DNA from: Mobula hypostoma
Taxonomy: Eukaryota
Reading direction: 5' to 3'
Assembly: GCF_963921235.1 (NCBI RefSeq)
Contig: NC_086108.1
Coordinates: 6,076,001-6,140,000 of the forward strand
Length of the DNA: 64,000 nt
Numbering within the stretch: position 1 is the first letter of the stretch; each line of letters begins with the position of its first letter. Below are positions 49,165 to 63,800 of this stretch, one piece after another. A model generated the notes under the pieces. That model was not told the DNA's origin and made no database searches. It worked only from the letters and a program-made list of their open reading frames with translations. Position numbers and translations under genes: made by a program.

Positions 49165-52075
49165 GGAGGTGGGAACCGAACTGAAGAGACAGAAGGAGGG
49201 ATGATTGGCTCACTTAAAGCTTGGAGAGTGTGAGAGGGAGGATAGGCAGGTGCTAGAGAAGGGATACGCTCAGACCAATGGGATGAGATGGGTCTATTTT
49301 AATGCAAGAAGCATTATGAACAAAACAGATGAGCTTAGAGCGTGGATCAGTACTTAGAGATATGATATTGTGGACATTACAGAGACTTGGATGGCTCAGG
49401 GGCAGGAATGGTTACCTAGAGTGCCAGGCCTTAGATGTTTCAGAAAGGACAGGGAGGGAGGCAAAAGAGGTGGGGGCTTGGCACTGCTGATCAGAGATAG
49501 TATCAGGGCTGCAGAAAAGGAGGAAGTCATGGAGGAATTGTCTACTGAGTCTTTGTGGGTACAAGTTAGAAACAGGAAGGGGTCAATAACTCTACTGGGT
49601 GTTTTTATAGACCACCCAATAGTAACAGGGACAGCAAGGAGCAGATAGGGAGACAGATTCTAGAAAGATGTAATAATAAGAGGTGTTGTGGGAAATTTTA
49701 ATTTCCCAAATATTGATTGGCATCTCCCAAGAGCAAGAGGCTTAGATGGGGTGGAGTTTGTTAGATGTGCTCAGGAAGGTTTCCTGACACACTATGTAGA
49801 TAAACCTACAAGAGGAGAGGCTGTACTTGATCTGGTATTGGGAAATGAACCTGGTCAGGGGTCAGATCTCTCAGTGGGAGAGCATTTTGGAGATAGTGAT
49901 CACAATTCTATCTCCTTTACCATAGCATTGGAGAGAGATAGGAACAGACAAGTTAGGAAAGCGTTTAATTAGAGTAACGGGAAATACGTTCTCAGGGAAA
50001 TATACAGCAGAAATGTGGCAAATATTCAGGGGATATATGCGTGGCATTCTGCATAGATACATTCCAATAAGACAGAAAGAATGGTAGGGTACAGGAACCA
50101 TGATGTACAAAGGCTGTTGAAAATCTAGTCAAGAAGAAAAGCTTATGAAAGGTTCAAAAAACTTGGTAATGATAGAGATATAGAAAATTATAAGGCTAGC
50201 AGGAAGGAGCTTAAGAATGAAATTAGGAGAGCCAGAAGGGGCCATGAGATGGCCTTGGTGAGCAGGATTAAAGAAAACCCCAAGGCATTCTACAGGTATG
50301 TGAAGAGCAAGAGGATAAGACGCGTGAGAATAGGACCAATCAAATGTGACAGTGGCAAAGTGCGTATGGAACCGGAGGAGATAGCTGAGGTACTTAATGA
50401 ATACTTTGCTTCAGTATTCACTGCAGAAAAGGATCTTGGAGATTGTGGGGATGACTTACAGTGGATTGAAAATCTTGAGCATATAGATATTAAGAAAGAG
50501 GATGTGCTGGAGCTTTTGGAAAGTATCAAGTTGGATAAGTCTCCAGGACCTGTTGAGATGTACCCCAGGTTACTGTGGGAGGTGAGGGAGGAGATTGCTG
50601 AGCCTTTGGCAATGATCTTTGCATCATCAATGGGGACAGAGGAGGTTCCGGAGGATTGGATGGTTGCAGATGTTGTTCCCATATTCAAGAAAGGGAGTAG
50701 AGACCGCCCAGGAAATTATAGATCAGTGAGTCTTACTTCAGTAGTTGGTAAGTTGATGGAAAAGATCCTGAGAGGCAGGATTTATGAACATTTGAAGAGG
50801 CATAATATGATTAGGAACAGTCAGTATGGCTTTGTCAAAGGCAGGTCGTGCCTTATGAGCCTGATTGAAGTTTTTGATGAAGGAAGAGTAGCAGATGTAG
50901 TGTATATGGATTTCAGCAAGGCATTTGATAAGGTACCCCAAGCAAGGCTTATTGAGAAGGTACAGAGTCATGGGATCCAAGGCGACCTTGCTTTGTGGAT
51001 CCAGAATTGGCTTGCCCACAGAAGGCCAGGAGTGGCTGGAGATGGGACATATTCTGCATGGAGGTTGGTGACCAGTGGTGTGCCTCAGGGATCTGTTCTG
51101 GGACCTCTTCCCTTTGTGATTTTTATAAATGACCTGGATGAGGAAGTGGGGGATGGGTTAGTAAATTTGCTGATGACACAAAGATTGGGGGTGTTGTGGA
51201 TAGCGTGGAGGGCTGTCAGAGATTACAGCGGGACATTGCTTGGATGCAAAACTGGGCTGAGAAGTGGCAGATGGAGTTCAACCCAGATAAATGTGCGGTG
51301 GTTCATTTTGGTAGGTCAAATATGATGGCAGAATACAGTACTAATAGTAAGACTCTTGGCAGTGTGGAGGATCAGAGGGACCTTAGGGTCTGAGTCCATA
51401 GGACACTCAAAGCTGCTGCGCAGGTTGACTCTGTGGTTAAGAAGGCATACGGTACATTGGCCTCCATCAACCATGGGATTGAGTTTAAGAGTCGAAAGAC
51501 AATGTTATAGCTATATAGGACCCTGGTCAGACCCCACTTGGAGTACTGTGCTCAATTCTGGTCACCTCACTACAGGAAGGATGTGGAAACTATAGAAAGG
51601 GTGCAGAAGAGATTTAGAAAGATGTTGCCTGGATTGGGGAGCATGCCTTATGAGAATAGTTTGAGGGAACTTGGCCTTTTCTCCTTGGAGCGACAGAGGA
51701 TGAGAGGTGACCTGATCAAGGTGTATAAGATGATGACAGGCATTGATCATATGGATAGTCAGAGGCTTTTTCCCAGGGCTGAAAAAGCTATCACAAGAGG
51801 GCACAATTTTAAGATGCTTGGCAGTAGGTACAGAGATGTCAGGGTAAGTTTTTTTTTAAAAACACAGAGAGTGGTGAGTGCTTGGAATGGGTTACCGGCA
51901 ATGGTGATGGGGGCGGATACGAGAGGGTCTTTTAAGAGACTCCTGGATAGGTACATGGAACTTAGAAAAATAGAGGGCTATGGGTAACCCTAGGTAATTT
52001 CAAAAGTAAGTACATGTTCAGCACAGCATTGTGGGCTGAAGGGCCTGTATTGTGCTGTAGGTTTTCTATGTTTTT
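49165..52075 (+). mobile_element. CR1 LINE with most of ORF2 (APE and RT), decayed
   Basis: [48 protein letters not shown] and the 3' tail; several frameshifts. Confidence 0.92.
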
Positions 52076-53259
52076 TTTCTAATAAACATCTATATGGAAC
52101 ACAGTCATATAAAAGCAGCATCCATCATCAGAGATCCTCACCACCCAGGCCATGCTCTCTTTTCACTGCTGCCATCAGGTAGAAGGTACAAGAGCCTCAG
52201 GACTCACACCACCAGATTCAGGAACAGTTACTACCCCTCAACCATCAGGCTCTTGAACAAAAGGGGATAACTGCTCACACTTGCCCATTCATTGAGATTT
52301 TCCCACAACCAATGATCCCATTTTAAGGACCATCTCAGTATCTCATGTTCTCATTATTTATTGCTATTTATTATATTTGCATTTACACAGTTTATCTTCT
52401 GCACTGGTTGATCTTTCATTGATTCTGTTATAGGTCCTATTCAATCAATTTGCTGAGATGCCCACAAGAAAATGAATCTCAAGGCTTCTTTTAAAAATCT
52501 GTTCAATATACATATACTGCAATTGATTTACTTGTTTATTATTATTATTTTTCTCTGCTAGATTATGTATTGCATTGAACTGCTGCTGCTAAGTTAACAA
52601 ATTTCATGTCACATGCTGGTGATAATAAACCTGATTCTAATTGTGATTCTGTATATGGTGAAAATAGAATCTACTTTGAACTTTGATTTTGACATTTTGA
52701 CACTGCTGTGTAATTGATACACACCTCGCAATGTCTACAGGTGTACCATGGAGACCATTCTAACTGGTTGTATTGCCATCTGGTACGGGGTGTGGGCACT
52801 GCACAGGATTGAAGTAAGCTACAGAGTTGTAAACTCAGTCAGCTTCATCATGGGCACTAGCCTCCGTAGCATCTAAGATATCTTCAAACAGCAGTGCCTT
52901 AGAAAGGTGGCATCCATCATTAAGGACTCCTATTACCCAGACATGCCCTTTTCTCTTTGCTACAATCAGAGGTGGTACAGGAGCCTGAAGACACACACTC
53001 AGTGATTCAGGAACAGCTTCTTCCCCTCTGCCATCTGATTTCTGAATGGACAGTGAACCCACAACACTACCTCACTACTTTTTTTGCACTACTTATTTAA
53101 TTTAACTATTTAATATAATTACTTACTGTAATTCAGTTTTTTCTCTATTACCATGTATTTCATTGTATTGCTATTGCAAAGTTAACAGACTTTACAACGT
53201 ATGCTAGTGATAGTAAACCTGATTCTGAATTAAACACAAGCTGTTTTGCCATCTTCAGA

Positions 53260-54110
53260 AGTTTTCTGATGATTCTGCCATAGTTGGATGCATCAGCAAG
53301 GGAGATGAGGCTGAGTACAGGGCTACGGTAGGAAACTTTGTCACATGGTGTGAGTAGAATTATCTGCAGCTTAATGTGAAAAAGACTAAGGAGCTGGTGG
53401 TAGACCTGAGGAGAGCTAAGGCACCGGTGACCCCTGTTTCCATCCAGGGGGTCAGTGTGGACATGGTGGAGAATTACAAATACCCGGGGATATGAATTGA
53501 CGATAAACTGGACTGGTCAAAGAACACTGAGGCTGACTACAAGAAGGGTCAGAGCCATCTCTATTTCCTGAGGAGACTGAGGCCCTTTAACATCTGTCGG
53601 ACATTGCTAAGGATGTTCTACGAGGCTGTGGTGGCCAGTGCTATCATGTTTGCTGTTGTGTGCTGGGCAGCAGACACCAATAGAATCAACAAACTCATCC
53701 GTAAGGTCAGTGACGTTGTGGGGATGGAACTGGACTCTCTGACGGTGGTGTCTGAAAAGAGGATGCTGTCTAAGTTGCGTGCCATCTTGGACAATGTCTC
53801 CCATCCACTACATAATGTACCGGTTGGGCACAGGAGTACATTCAGCCAGAGATTCATTCCACTGAGATGCAACACTGAGCGTCATAGGAAGTCATTCCTG
53901 CCTGTGGCCATCAAACTTTACAACTCCTCCCTTGGAGGGTCAGACACCCTGAGCCAATAGGCTGGTCCTGGACTTATTTCCTGGCATAATTTACATATTA
54001 CTATTTAATTATTTATGGTTTTATATGGCTATATTTATACTGTTCTTGGTTGGTGCAACTGTAACAAAACCAAATTTCCCTCTGGATCCATAAAGTATGA
54101 CTATGACCAT
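53260..54110 (+). mobile_element. Rex1/Babar LINE 3' fragment
   Basis: LNVKKTKELVVD; MLRMFYEAVVASAIMFAVVCW...RHRKSFLPVAIKLYN; (TATGAC)n tail. Confidence 0.85.
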
Positions 54111-54600
54111 GAATATTTTATGGTCGACTGAAGAGTTCAATGGACTGAAGGTCTGGACTATACCGTTTGTTTGGTTGTATTTTTACTGATATTCTATATG
54201 GGCCTGTTGTCTTTTATCTGTGAGGACTGGGCCTCAAGCTGCAGTTTCACCTGGTGGGGTCGGGTGGGGGGGGGGGTGGTCAGCCTCAGGGCCAGTGAAC
54301 TCCTCCAGGGTCGGTGTGGTGCCGTGTCCAGGCTGGAGCCAGTTCCCCCCACCGTGTTTGCTCACCGGAGACAGGCTATCGAAATCAACTGGAGACTGAT
54401 GGAGTGAGTTTTTGAGTCTTTTATTGTGTGATCATGATACCATTTGTGCTTGCTATCTTGTGAGTGTTTTGTGCTGTGTGTGACCATTGGCACTGTGTTT
54501 TTGACATTGACGCTGGAATAACGTTCTTTCGTTTGGCTGTATTCTTGAGTATTCATGTATGGTTGGGTGATAATTAAATTTGAATTGAATTAAAGCTTAC

Positions 54601-54741
54601 CTTGAATTTCCAGATACTTTGTTAGGATTTGAAGAGCCCAGCGCAGTGTTGTACTGGTTGTTTCCGTTCCAGCCAGAAATAAGTTCTGCGTCGTCAACAG
54701 CAAGTTTTATGAAAAAATTTGGAGTTAAGCTCATCTTTGTC
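54601..54741 (-). pseudogene. CYP2-family P450 exon 6 (I-helix AGTETT) with a 1-nt deletion
   Basis: AG and GTAAGC flanks; 141 nt versus the canonical 142. DKDELNSKFFH, then frameshift (TGA at 54694-54696); the other frame reads NLLLTTQNLFLAGTETTSTTLRWALQILTKYLEIQ. Confidence 0.92.
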
Positions 54742-56139
54742 CTGACACAAAGCAAGCAAAAATCCACGTTTTAAACAGAAGGGATTATGCAGATGCTAGA
54801 AATTGGAGCAACACATACACACAAACGCAAAGTGCCAGAGGAACTTAGCAAGTCAGGCAGCATCTATGAGGGTAAGTGAGCAGTTGACATTGTTACAACC
54901 TGAGATCCTTCATCAAGGCTGAAAAGGAAGAGGGCAGAGGCCAGAAAATGATGGGGGGGGGGGAGGGAGGGAAGGAGTACATTTTAACACCCTTCAGACG
55001 ATTTTCAACTTTAATTCAATTCATGCCTGCCTGGCACCTTTTTTTTTTTTATTTTATTAAGATTCAACGCAGAATCGGTCCTTCTGGTCCTTCAAGCTAC
55101 ACCGCCCTGCAATGCCTTATCACAGGACAATTTACAATGGCCTATGAACCTACCAACCAGAACACCTTTGAACTGTGGGAGGAAACCAGAGCACCCAGAG
55201 GAGACCCATACAGTCATGGGGATAACTTCCTGACAGGTGCGGTGGGAATTGATCCTGGGTCACCTGTATTGTGAAGCGTTGTGCTAACCACTACACTAAG
55301 GTGCCACCCTAATGCTATCGTGCTCTATAATAGGCAAATGTTTGCAATACCAGTTCCCAAAGAAACAGATAATCATGGAAGCTTTTAGGAAGCTTGGCAG
55401 CATCCATGTCAAAGGACTGTTGAGACAAAATGCCAGATTCTTTTTCTAAAGGCACTGAGAACATAAGGCATTTTCATTTCTTACTTTAGATTTCTAGCAG
55501 TTGTATAGTTTTCATCGAAAAAGATAACTTTTTTTGGGCGGCACAGTGGTATAATGCTTTAGAGTACAGGCGACCCGGGTTCAATTCCAGTCGCTGCCCG
55601 GAAGGAGTTTGTATGTTCTCCCTGTGACCGTGTTGGAAACACTGGGTGCTAAAGATTCCTCCTTCATCCCAAAGATTAGGAGGTTCATTGGTCATTGTAA
55701 ATTGTCCCCTGATTGGGCTAGGATTAAATTGGTGGATTGTTGGGTGGTGCCTACTCTTGCTGTATTTCAATCAATCAATAAATTAATTAATAAATACGAC
55801 CACTCTGCAAAATTAACAGAGCAGAACAAGGAGGGATATGGAATTAATGCAGGTAAATGGAATTAGTATAGACAGGCACAGTGGCCAACAGGGCTGAAGG
55901 GCCTATTTCTATGTTTTTCAACTCTGATCTAACTTACCAATTAAGAAAAGTCGGGTGCCATGATAGTGTAGTGGTTATTGCGATGTTATTACAGCTTAGG
56001 ATGTTCCAAAGTTCGTAGTTCAATTCCAGTGCTGCCTGCAAGGAGTTTGTACATTCTCCCCATGACCGCATGGGTTTCCCCCGGGTGCTCTGGTTTTCCC
56101 CAACGGCCCAAAGGTCAATTGGTCATTGAAAATCGTTCT

Positions 56140-56620
56140 CTGATTAAGTTATGGTTGAGCAATATATGGGGATCAACAAAGTACAATGTCCACACCAAGG
56201 TGAAGTTGTACCAGAGCTGTGTTGTGCGGGTCAGAATGTTGGTGCTTGTCAGAGTGACTTCGTCATTCCACACCATGAGCCTCTGGAATAACCTTTGTAT
56301 TTTCTGGCCAAGAAAGATCTCCAACCACACCCTACTCCTTCAGCGTCACCAAGAGGACACGGCCACAATCACCATGAGGAAATGTTGGAGATGGGTTGGG
56401 CACGTGATGAGAAGATATGCCAATGCCATCATCAAGACAGCACTTCATCGGACACCTCAAGGGCAGAGGAAAGACAATTTGCTGCTGTACCGTAGAGGCA
56501 GAAATGAGGATCCTTAACCACACATGGGGCACAATAGAGAAGACGGCCGAGGACAGACAGAGATGGAGGACCTTCATTGCAGCCCTAAGCACCAGCGGTG
56601 TAATGGGCAGTAAGTAACTA
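56140..56620 (+). mobile_element. RTE-clade LINE 3' fragment
   Basis: IFWPRKISN...WRWVGHVMR...KTALHRTPQG and a TAAG-type tail. Confidence 0.7.
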
Positions 56621-56788
56621 AACTGAATAAATAGATGGGCTGCTGGTTGGTGCAGCTCTTTGGGCCAAAAGGGCCTGTTCTGTGTCGTGTCCCTAAAATA
56701 AAATAAGAAGAGAAAAGTTATTATCTTCAGTATATTTGGTAGGACAGTGGGAAATGAATGAATGTGAGAAGAAACTTGCTGCCATTAT

Positions 56789-56965
56789 CTCATCCATCTT
56801 CATGAGGAAGCAGTCGATATAATCCCGAGGGGAGTCTTTCTGGACAGTTTCCTTGTGGCTTTGAATAGTTTTGGCCAGAAAACTTCTCAAGTATGTGACA
56901 TTTTGGAACACCTTTTGGTGAGGTCCGGGCAGGAAATCCATGATCCTTGGGAAGTTGTTGTACAA
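56789..56965 (-). pseudogene. CYP2-family P450 exon 5 (LYNNFPRIMDFLPGPHQKV...PRDYIDCFLMKMDE) with donor GT>AT
   Basis: TTGCAG acceptor; canonical 177 nt; followed by ATAATG instead of GT. Confidence 0.9.
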
Positions 56966-57384
56966 CTGCAAAACAAACTCATCATTTTCACTGACATGGT
57001 GCTACACTGGATACCTAATGCTCAGTTCAAAAAGTTCAAAGTTCAGAGGATATTTATTATCGAAGTATGTATGCAGCATTCTACCCTGAGATTCTTTTTC
57101 CCCACAGACAGCCACAAAACAAAGAAAACCAGGTAAAGTTTTCAAAGAAAAACATCAAAACCCACCCCCACATGCAAAAAAATTGCACAAGTGCCAACAA
57201 AATATAAAGCACAGAATATAAAACACAAAATCTGCAGAGTTCAGGCATATTCAGTTCAGCTCAGTTCAATCTAGCACTGCGTCATTCGTTACCTGCAAGC
57301 CTCCCTCATCACAGACACTGAAAATAGCAAAAAAAAACAAGGAGTGACCAGAAACACATCATAACGTGAAGTACAGAGTCCAAT

Positions 57385-58175
57385 ATACTCCCTGTATAGC
57401 CATGACTGTATCGCCATCCACAGCTCCAATCTGCTAATATGACACTATATTGATTGGCCTTATCTCAAACAATAACGAGGTGGCCTACAGGGAAGAAATC
57501 ATCTCTCTGACACAGTGGTGTCAAGAAAACAACCTCTCCCTCAATATCACACAAACAAAGGAGCTGGTTGTGGATTACAAGAGGAATGGAGACAGGCTAA
57601 CCCCTGTTGACATCAATGGATCTGGGGTTGAGAGGGTAAACAGCTTCAAGTTCCTCGGCATTCACATCACCGAGAACCTCACGTGGTCTGTACACACCAG
57701 CTGTGTGGTGAAAAAGGCACATCAGCGCATCAGTGACTGGCTGCATCATTGCCTGGTGTGGGAACTGTACTTAGATCAATCACAGGACTCTGCAGAGAGT
57801 GGTGCGGACAGCCCAGCGCATCTGTAGTTGTGAACTTCCCATGAGTCAGGACATTTACAAGGACAGGTGTGTAAAAAGGGCCCGTAGGATCACTGGACTC
57901 CCAGCCATTCCAACCACAATCTATTCCAGCTGCTATCATCTGGGAAGCAGTACTGCAATATAAAAGCCAGGACCAACAGGCTCCAGGACAGCTTCTTCCA
58001 CCAGGCCATCAGACCGATGAACTCAAGCTGACTTGTGTACTGTATATTACATTGACTATTCTATTTATTATAAATTACTATGATTGCACATTTAGATGGC
58101 GATGTATTGTAAAGATTTTTACTCCTCATGTATGTGAAGGATGTAAGAAATAAAGTCAGTTCATTTCAATTCAAT
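57385..58175 (+). mobile_element. Rex1/Babar 3' fragment
   Basis: LIGLISNNNEVAYREEI...TKELVVDY...FKFLGIHIT; same family as 22095-23225. Confidence 0.85.
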
Positions 58176-59644
58176 CCACAAACTGCATTGAAAAAAAACC
58201 TTATCCAAGACCCAAGACTCCAGCACAATCCTCCGGCAGTATCAAGTATGAAGCTGAGAGAAAGTTTTTTTTCAAAAGAAGGGACCTTCCTTCAGGAGCA
58301 GCAAGTGAAATGTAGGGGTGGGGGGGGGGTGGGGAGAAGAGATAGAGACAGAGACAGAGACACCTTCCTCTGGCAGCTGCGAGTGAGAGGCTGCTAGATG
58401 GCGCCTAACACCTGCCCATTTTCTGCTCTTGCCTCGAGGATTTCAATCTTCCTTGAGTCCTCAAGTGGTAAGATCAGTGAGAAATAGAGTCAATTATGGG
58501 CTCGCGTCCCATCTCCAGGTTTCCTGGCCTCGAGAATTGGCCCAAAAACACACCACCGTAGTTTAGATCACAGGCTTCATCAATCGAATAAACACATTTG
58601 GAAGAAAAAGAGGTAAAGGCGTCAGGTTAGAGGTAGGAAATTAGCTTTGTCACATGTACATCAAAACATATCGTGGCATTAATTATCTTCGTCTTCAGCC
58701 CATCACTCCTCCTGGAACAAAGGCCCCCGACAGTATCCCGCCAGAGTTTCCTGTCCTGGGCCAGTCTTTCAAGTTATCCCCAGGTGTAGCCCATCTTCTC
58801 CTTCCTCTCCCAGGGATGAGGTCTTTAGAGTTTCTGTAGCTCTGTGATTTTTATGGGATGGGGTTACTAGAGCCATACTAACCCTCCTCCTTTTGGGATC
58901 ATCCAAGGCAGAGTTGGTGTAATTATGGTTGCATTATTATTAAACATCTGGTGCTGTTAGCATTTTTTTTCCCCCAAGTTCAAATGTCATTCAATCATAC
59001 ATGAATATCGCCAAATGAAACCCCATTACTCTGGGGCCAAGGTGCAAAACATAGTACCAACAGTCACACACAGAAAAGTCACATATAGCACATGTAAAAT
59101 AGCAAGCATATATAATAAGAACAAACAAGAGAAAGTCTGCAGTTGCTGGAAATCACAAAAAAATATGGTTCAAGTCCCTAAGTCCATCAACACTGCAGCA
59201 GTCTGCAATCAAATGCGATACCAGCTTGTCTTCTGCTGAGCGAACACTTGGGGCAGCAACAGCCGTGTGGATGCCTCCAATGGAGTGCACCAAATCCAAT
59301 GCATCTCTCATGGGTAACTATGAACAGGCAACAACACAGCTTGAGGTGTAGTCCCCAATGAGTTATTAAGTTTAAGGATTAGGACATGCTCTCTTCTTAC
59401 TGCTGCCATCAGGAAGAAGGTACAAGAACCTCAGGACTGATGCCCTAGATTCAGGAATAGCTATTGCCCTTCAACCATCAGGCTCTTGAACCAAAGGGAA
59501 TAACTTCACTCAACTTCACTTGTTCCCTCATTAAAATTTTCCCCACAATCTATAGATTCACTTTCAAGGACTCTTCATCTCATGTCTCGATATGTATTCT
59601 GCACTCTGGTTGAACACCTTAGTATGGTGGTCTTTTATTGATTT

Positions 59645-60872
59645 TGGGATTGCACTTTGGTAAGTCTGACCACCTGGCAGTACTTCTACTCCGAGTATAC
59701 GCAAAGACTGAAGACTGCAGCACCAGAAGTGAGAACCAAGAAGGTATGGACCAGGGAGGCTCAGGAGTGCTTACAGGACTGCTTTGAATCAGTAGACTTG
59801 TCTTGGTTCAGAGAGTTACTTTCGAACCTGAGTGAGTGTGCCACAGTTGTCACTGACTTCATTAAAACCCATGTAGATGAGTGTGTGCCTACAAAAACTT
59901 ACTGTACATTCCCAAAACAAAAGTTGTGAATGAACAAGGAGATTCAGGTTCTGCTGAGGGCTAGATCTGTGACAATCCAGACTTCTGTCTGGCAACCCAG
60001 CTCTGTATTAGAAAACCAGGCATGACTTGCGGAGGGCTATTTCAAGAGCCAAGAAGCAATTCCAGGAGATGTTCAAGGCGAAATCAGATCCACGTCAACT
60101 CTGGTGGGGTTTACAGGCCATTTCTTCCGACAAAGCAAAACCCAACGTCATGAATGGCAGCGATGCTTCATTACCAGATGAGCTCAACACCTTTTATGTC
60201 TGCTTTCAGAGGGAGAATAAAACCACAGCTATGAGGGTCCCTGCAGCATCCAATGACCCTGTGACCTCATTCTCAGAGGGTGAGGTCAGGGTGTCTTTCA
60301 AGAGGGTGCAAAGCAGCAGGGCACTATGGGCTACCTGGTAGGGCTCTGAAAATCTGTGCCAACCAACTGGTGGGAGTATCCAATGACCTTTATAATCTCT
60401 CACTGCTACGGCCAGAAGTTTCCACCTGCTTCAAAAGGGTAACAATTATACCAGTGCCCAAGGAATACTGTGAGCTGCCTCAACAACCATCGTGAAGTAG
60501 AATTCACATCTACAGTGATGAAATACTTTGAGAGGTTGGTGATGGCTAGAATCAACACCTGTCTCAGAAAGGACCTTGAACCACTGAAAATTGCCTATCG
60601 CCACAATAGGTCTGCAATAGATGAAATCTCATTGGCTTTTCGCACAAGATCAAAATAAGTTACAGAAACTAGTAAGATTAGTCAGCTCCATCATGGATAC
60701 CAGTGTCCGTAGTAGCCAAGACATCTTCGAGGAGTGGTGCCAGAGGAATGCGGCTTCCATCGTTAAGGATCTCCACCACCCAGGATATGCCCTCTTCACA
60801 CTATCACCATCAGGGAGGGGGTACAGTAGCCTGAGGACACACACTCAGCGATACAGGAACAGCTTCTTTCCC
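59645..60872 (+). mobile_element. Rex1/Babar fragments with an internal deletion
   Basis: LQDCFESVD, FPKQK, LPDELNTFY, STVMKYFERLV and RYRNSFFP. Confidence 0.85.
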
Positions 60873-63800
60873 TTCTTCCTTTTTAAATCTTTTTATTAAT
60901 TATTATTGAAAATCAACAACAGAGAAAAATACATCAAAATAATCAAGATAACATATCCATATGTAGAGTAAAAGTTAAACTATCAATCAGGCTAAACAGT
61001 ACATCAATAATAATCAAAAAATGAAGTATTAAAGCTTTTTTTTAAATGGAAAAAAGGAGAGGGAAAAAAAAACCCTAATAACTAAAAAAAAAGGAAAAAA
61101 AGCATTTGGAGCACAAACCCGGAGCTATGCGCCATACAAGCTTCCATTAAAAAAAGACATCAAACCGCCAACCAAATTCATATAATCAAGCATCAGAAAA
61201 GGACCATCTTAATTAACTCAAGTCAAATGATAATAACGGGCAAAAGAACCCCACCTTTTCTCAAAGTCAAATTTAGGATCAAAAGTTCAACTTCTAATTT
61301 TTTCCAAACTAAGACATAACATCACCTGAGAGAACCATTGTATCAAAGTGGGAGCAGAGGCATCTTTCCATTTTAAAATAGCCCTTCTACCAATAATGTG
61401 ACAAATGCAATTACATATTGGTCAGATATAGAAATACCATGAATATGTTGAGAAATTATACCAAACAAAACTGTCAATTTATTAGGTTGTAAATTGATTC
61501 TCAAAGCTTTAGAGTATAGAAAAAATAGATTTCCAAAATTGTTTCAATACAGAACATGACCAAAACATATGTGTCAATGTAGCTATCTCAGTTTTGCATC
61601 TATCACACTGACTATTTACATTAGGAAATATTTTAGACAACCTCTCCTTCATCAAATAATAACAATGTACAATTTTAAATTGAATTAGAGAATGACTGGC
61701 ACAAATCAAAGAAGAGTTAACCAGCCTCAAAATTCGCAACCAATCCTCTGTTATCAAGGTCATATTAAGCTCTCTTTCCCAATCTTGCTTGATCTTAAGG
61801 ATAATTGTCCTGTTGTAATAATAAATTATAAATTTTCCCAATAAAGCCTTTCACTAAAGGGTTCATTTTTAAAATAATGTCTAACAGGTCAGAATCTTGT
61901 ATATATGGAAAATTACTTAAATATTCTTGTAAAAAAATATCTGACCTGAAGATATTACAAAAAATGTGAATATCAGAGAGTATTTAGTTACTAATTTCTC
62001 AAAGGACATCAATCGACCTTCTTGAAACAAGTTCATAAAGGAAAAAATTCCTTATTCCTCCAAAGAGAAAAGATCATTAAGTGAAGGTTTAAATAAATAG
62101 TTTCGATAAATTAAACTAAGAGGGTTAATTTTTTTTAAGATTAAAAAAAACTTACAAAACTGATACCAAATTCGTAATGATTGATTAATCATAGGATTTA
62201 TATTTAGAATAGAAATTTTGGCTAATTGTACAGGTAAAGGAGCTCCTAATAACAAAGCTAAATGAAATTGTTTCAGTTTTCAATTCCAAGTCAACCCAAG
62301 ATGGTCGTTCCTTTTTAAATCGGTCCAATACCACCAAGAACATGCATAACTTATATTAACCACCCAATAATACATTCTTAAATTAGGCAAAGTAAGACCT
62401 CCATCCTTTTTTAATTTTCGTAAATGACATTTTCCAATTCTTGGTCTTTTATTATTCCAAACAAAAGATGAAATAATAGAGTCAACTTGATCAAAAAACT
62501 TCTTAGTTAGAAAAATAGGAATATTTTGAACTATGTATAAAAATTTTGGTAAAATCATCATTTTAACTGCATGAAGTGGATTCCATCTAGAAAAAAAATT
62601 GCTTCATAAAATCCACTAAGGGAACTAAATTAGCTCTATAAAGGTCTCCATAATTTTTAGTAATGGTAATACCTAAATATTTAAAAGAATCCATAACTTT
62701 TAAAGGAATGTTGTCATATATAGAAGTGGAATCATTTAAAGGAAATAATTCACTTTTATGCAGGTTTAATTTATATCCTGAAAACAATCCAAATTCATTT
62801 AATGATTTCAATAAGCTAGGAATAGATTCTCCGGGATTCAAAATATAAACCAAAAGATCATCTGCATAAAGGGAGATCTTATGAATAGTCCCATTTATAG
62901 AATTTCCTTGAATATTTTTAGCTTCACGAAGTGCAATAGTCAACGGTTCCAACATCAAGTTAAATAACAGAGGATTTAATGGACATCCTTGTCTCGTACC
63001 CTGAGAAAGTTGGAAAAAGGGGGATCAACAGTTATTAGTGATAACAGTGGCAATAGGGCTTTTATATATCAATCTAATCCATTTATTAAAATTAGTTCCA
63101 AAGCCAAATTTCTCTAAAACTTTAAATAGATATTCCCATTCAACTCTATCAAATGCCTTTTCAGCATCTAGAGAAACAACACATTGGGGAGTCTTAGAGA
63201 GGGATGAGTATATAACATTTAACAATCTCCGAGTATTAGAAAAAGAATAACGGCCTTTTATAAAACCCGTTTGATCCTGAGAAATAATTTTAGCTAGTAT
63301 ATTCTCCATCCGATTAACCATTATTTTTGAAAGAATTTTGGCATCCACATTTAATAATAGGTCTATATGAAGCACAATCAGTAGGATCTTTATATAAGAA
63401 GTAAATGTTCAATTTTTTTTTATAAAATCCTACAGTAAAACCATCCAATCCAGGAGCTTTACCAGATTGCATTGAAGGAATAGCTTTCTGAATTTCTCTT
63501 TCAGTAAAAGGAGCATCAAGAATTTGTTGATCTTCAACAGATATTCTAGGAAAATCAATCTTTTGTAAAAAGGCATACATATTAGAAGGGTCAGCTGGAA
63601 ACAGATTTGTAGAGTTCACTGTAATAGTCTTGAAAAATTTTATTAATATCTTCATAATTACAAGCTAAACTACCATCTGTCTTACGAATGTTTAAAATCT
63701 GTCTTTTAGCTCTAACTGCTTTAAGTTGAGATACTAATAGCTTGTTACTTTTATCTCCAGACATATAAAATTGACTTTCATCGGATAAATTAATAGTAAA

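Noticed and set aside
56770..56788. Cryptic donors that might rescue the CYP2 frame (A|GTTTCT at +13, GCA|GCAAGT at +9)
   Set aside because: The +13 donor hits TGA early in exon 6. The +9 donor leaves the exon 6 frameshift. The exon 7 and exon 9 lesions remain in either case.
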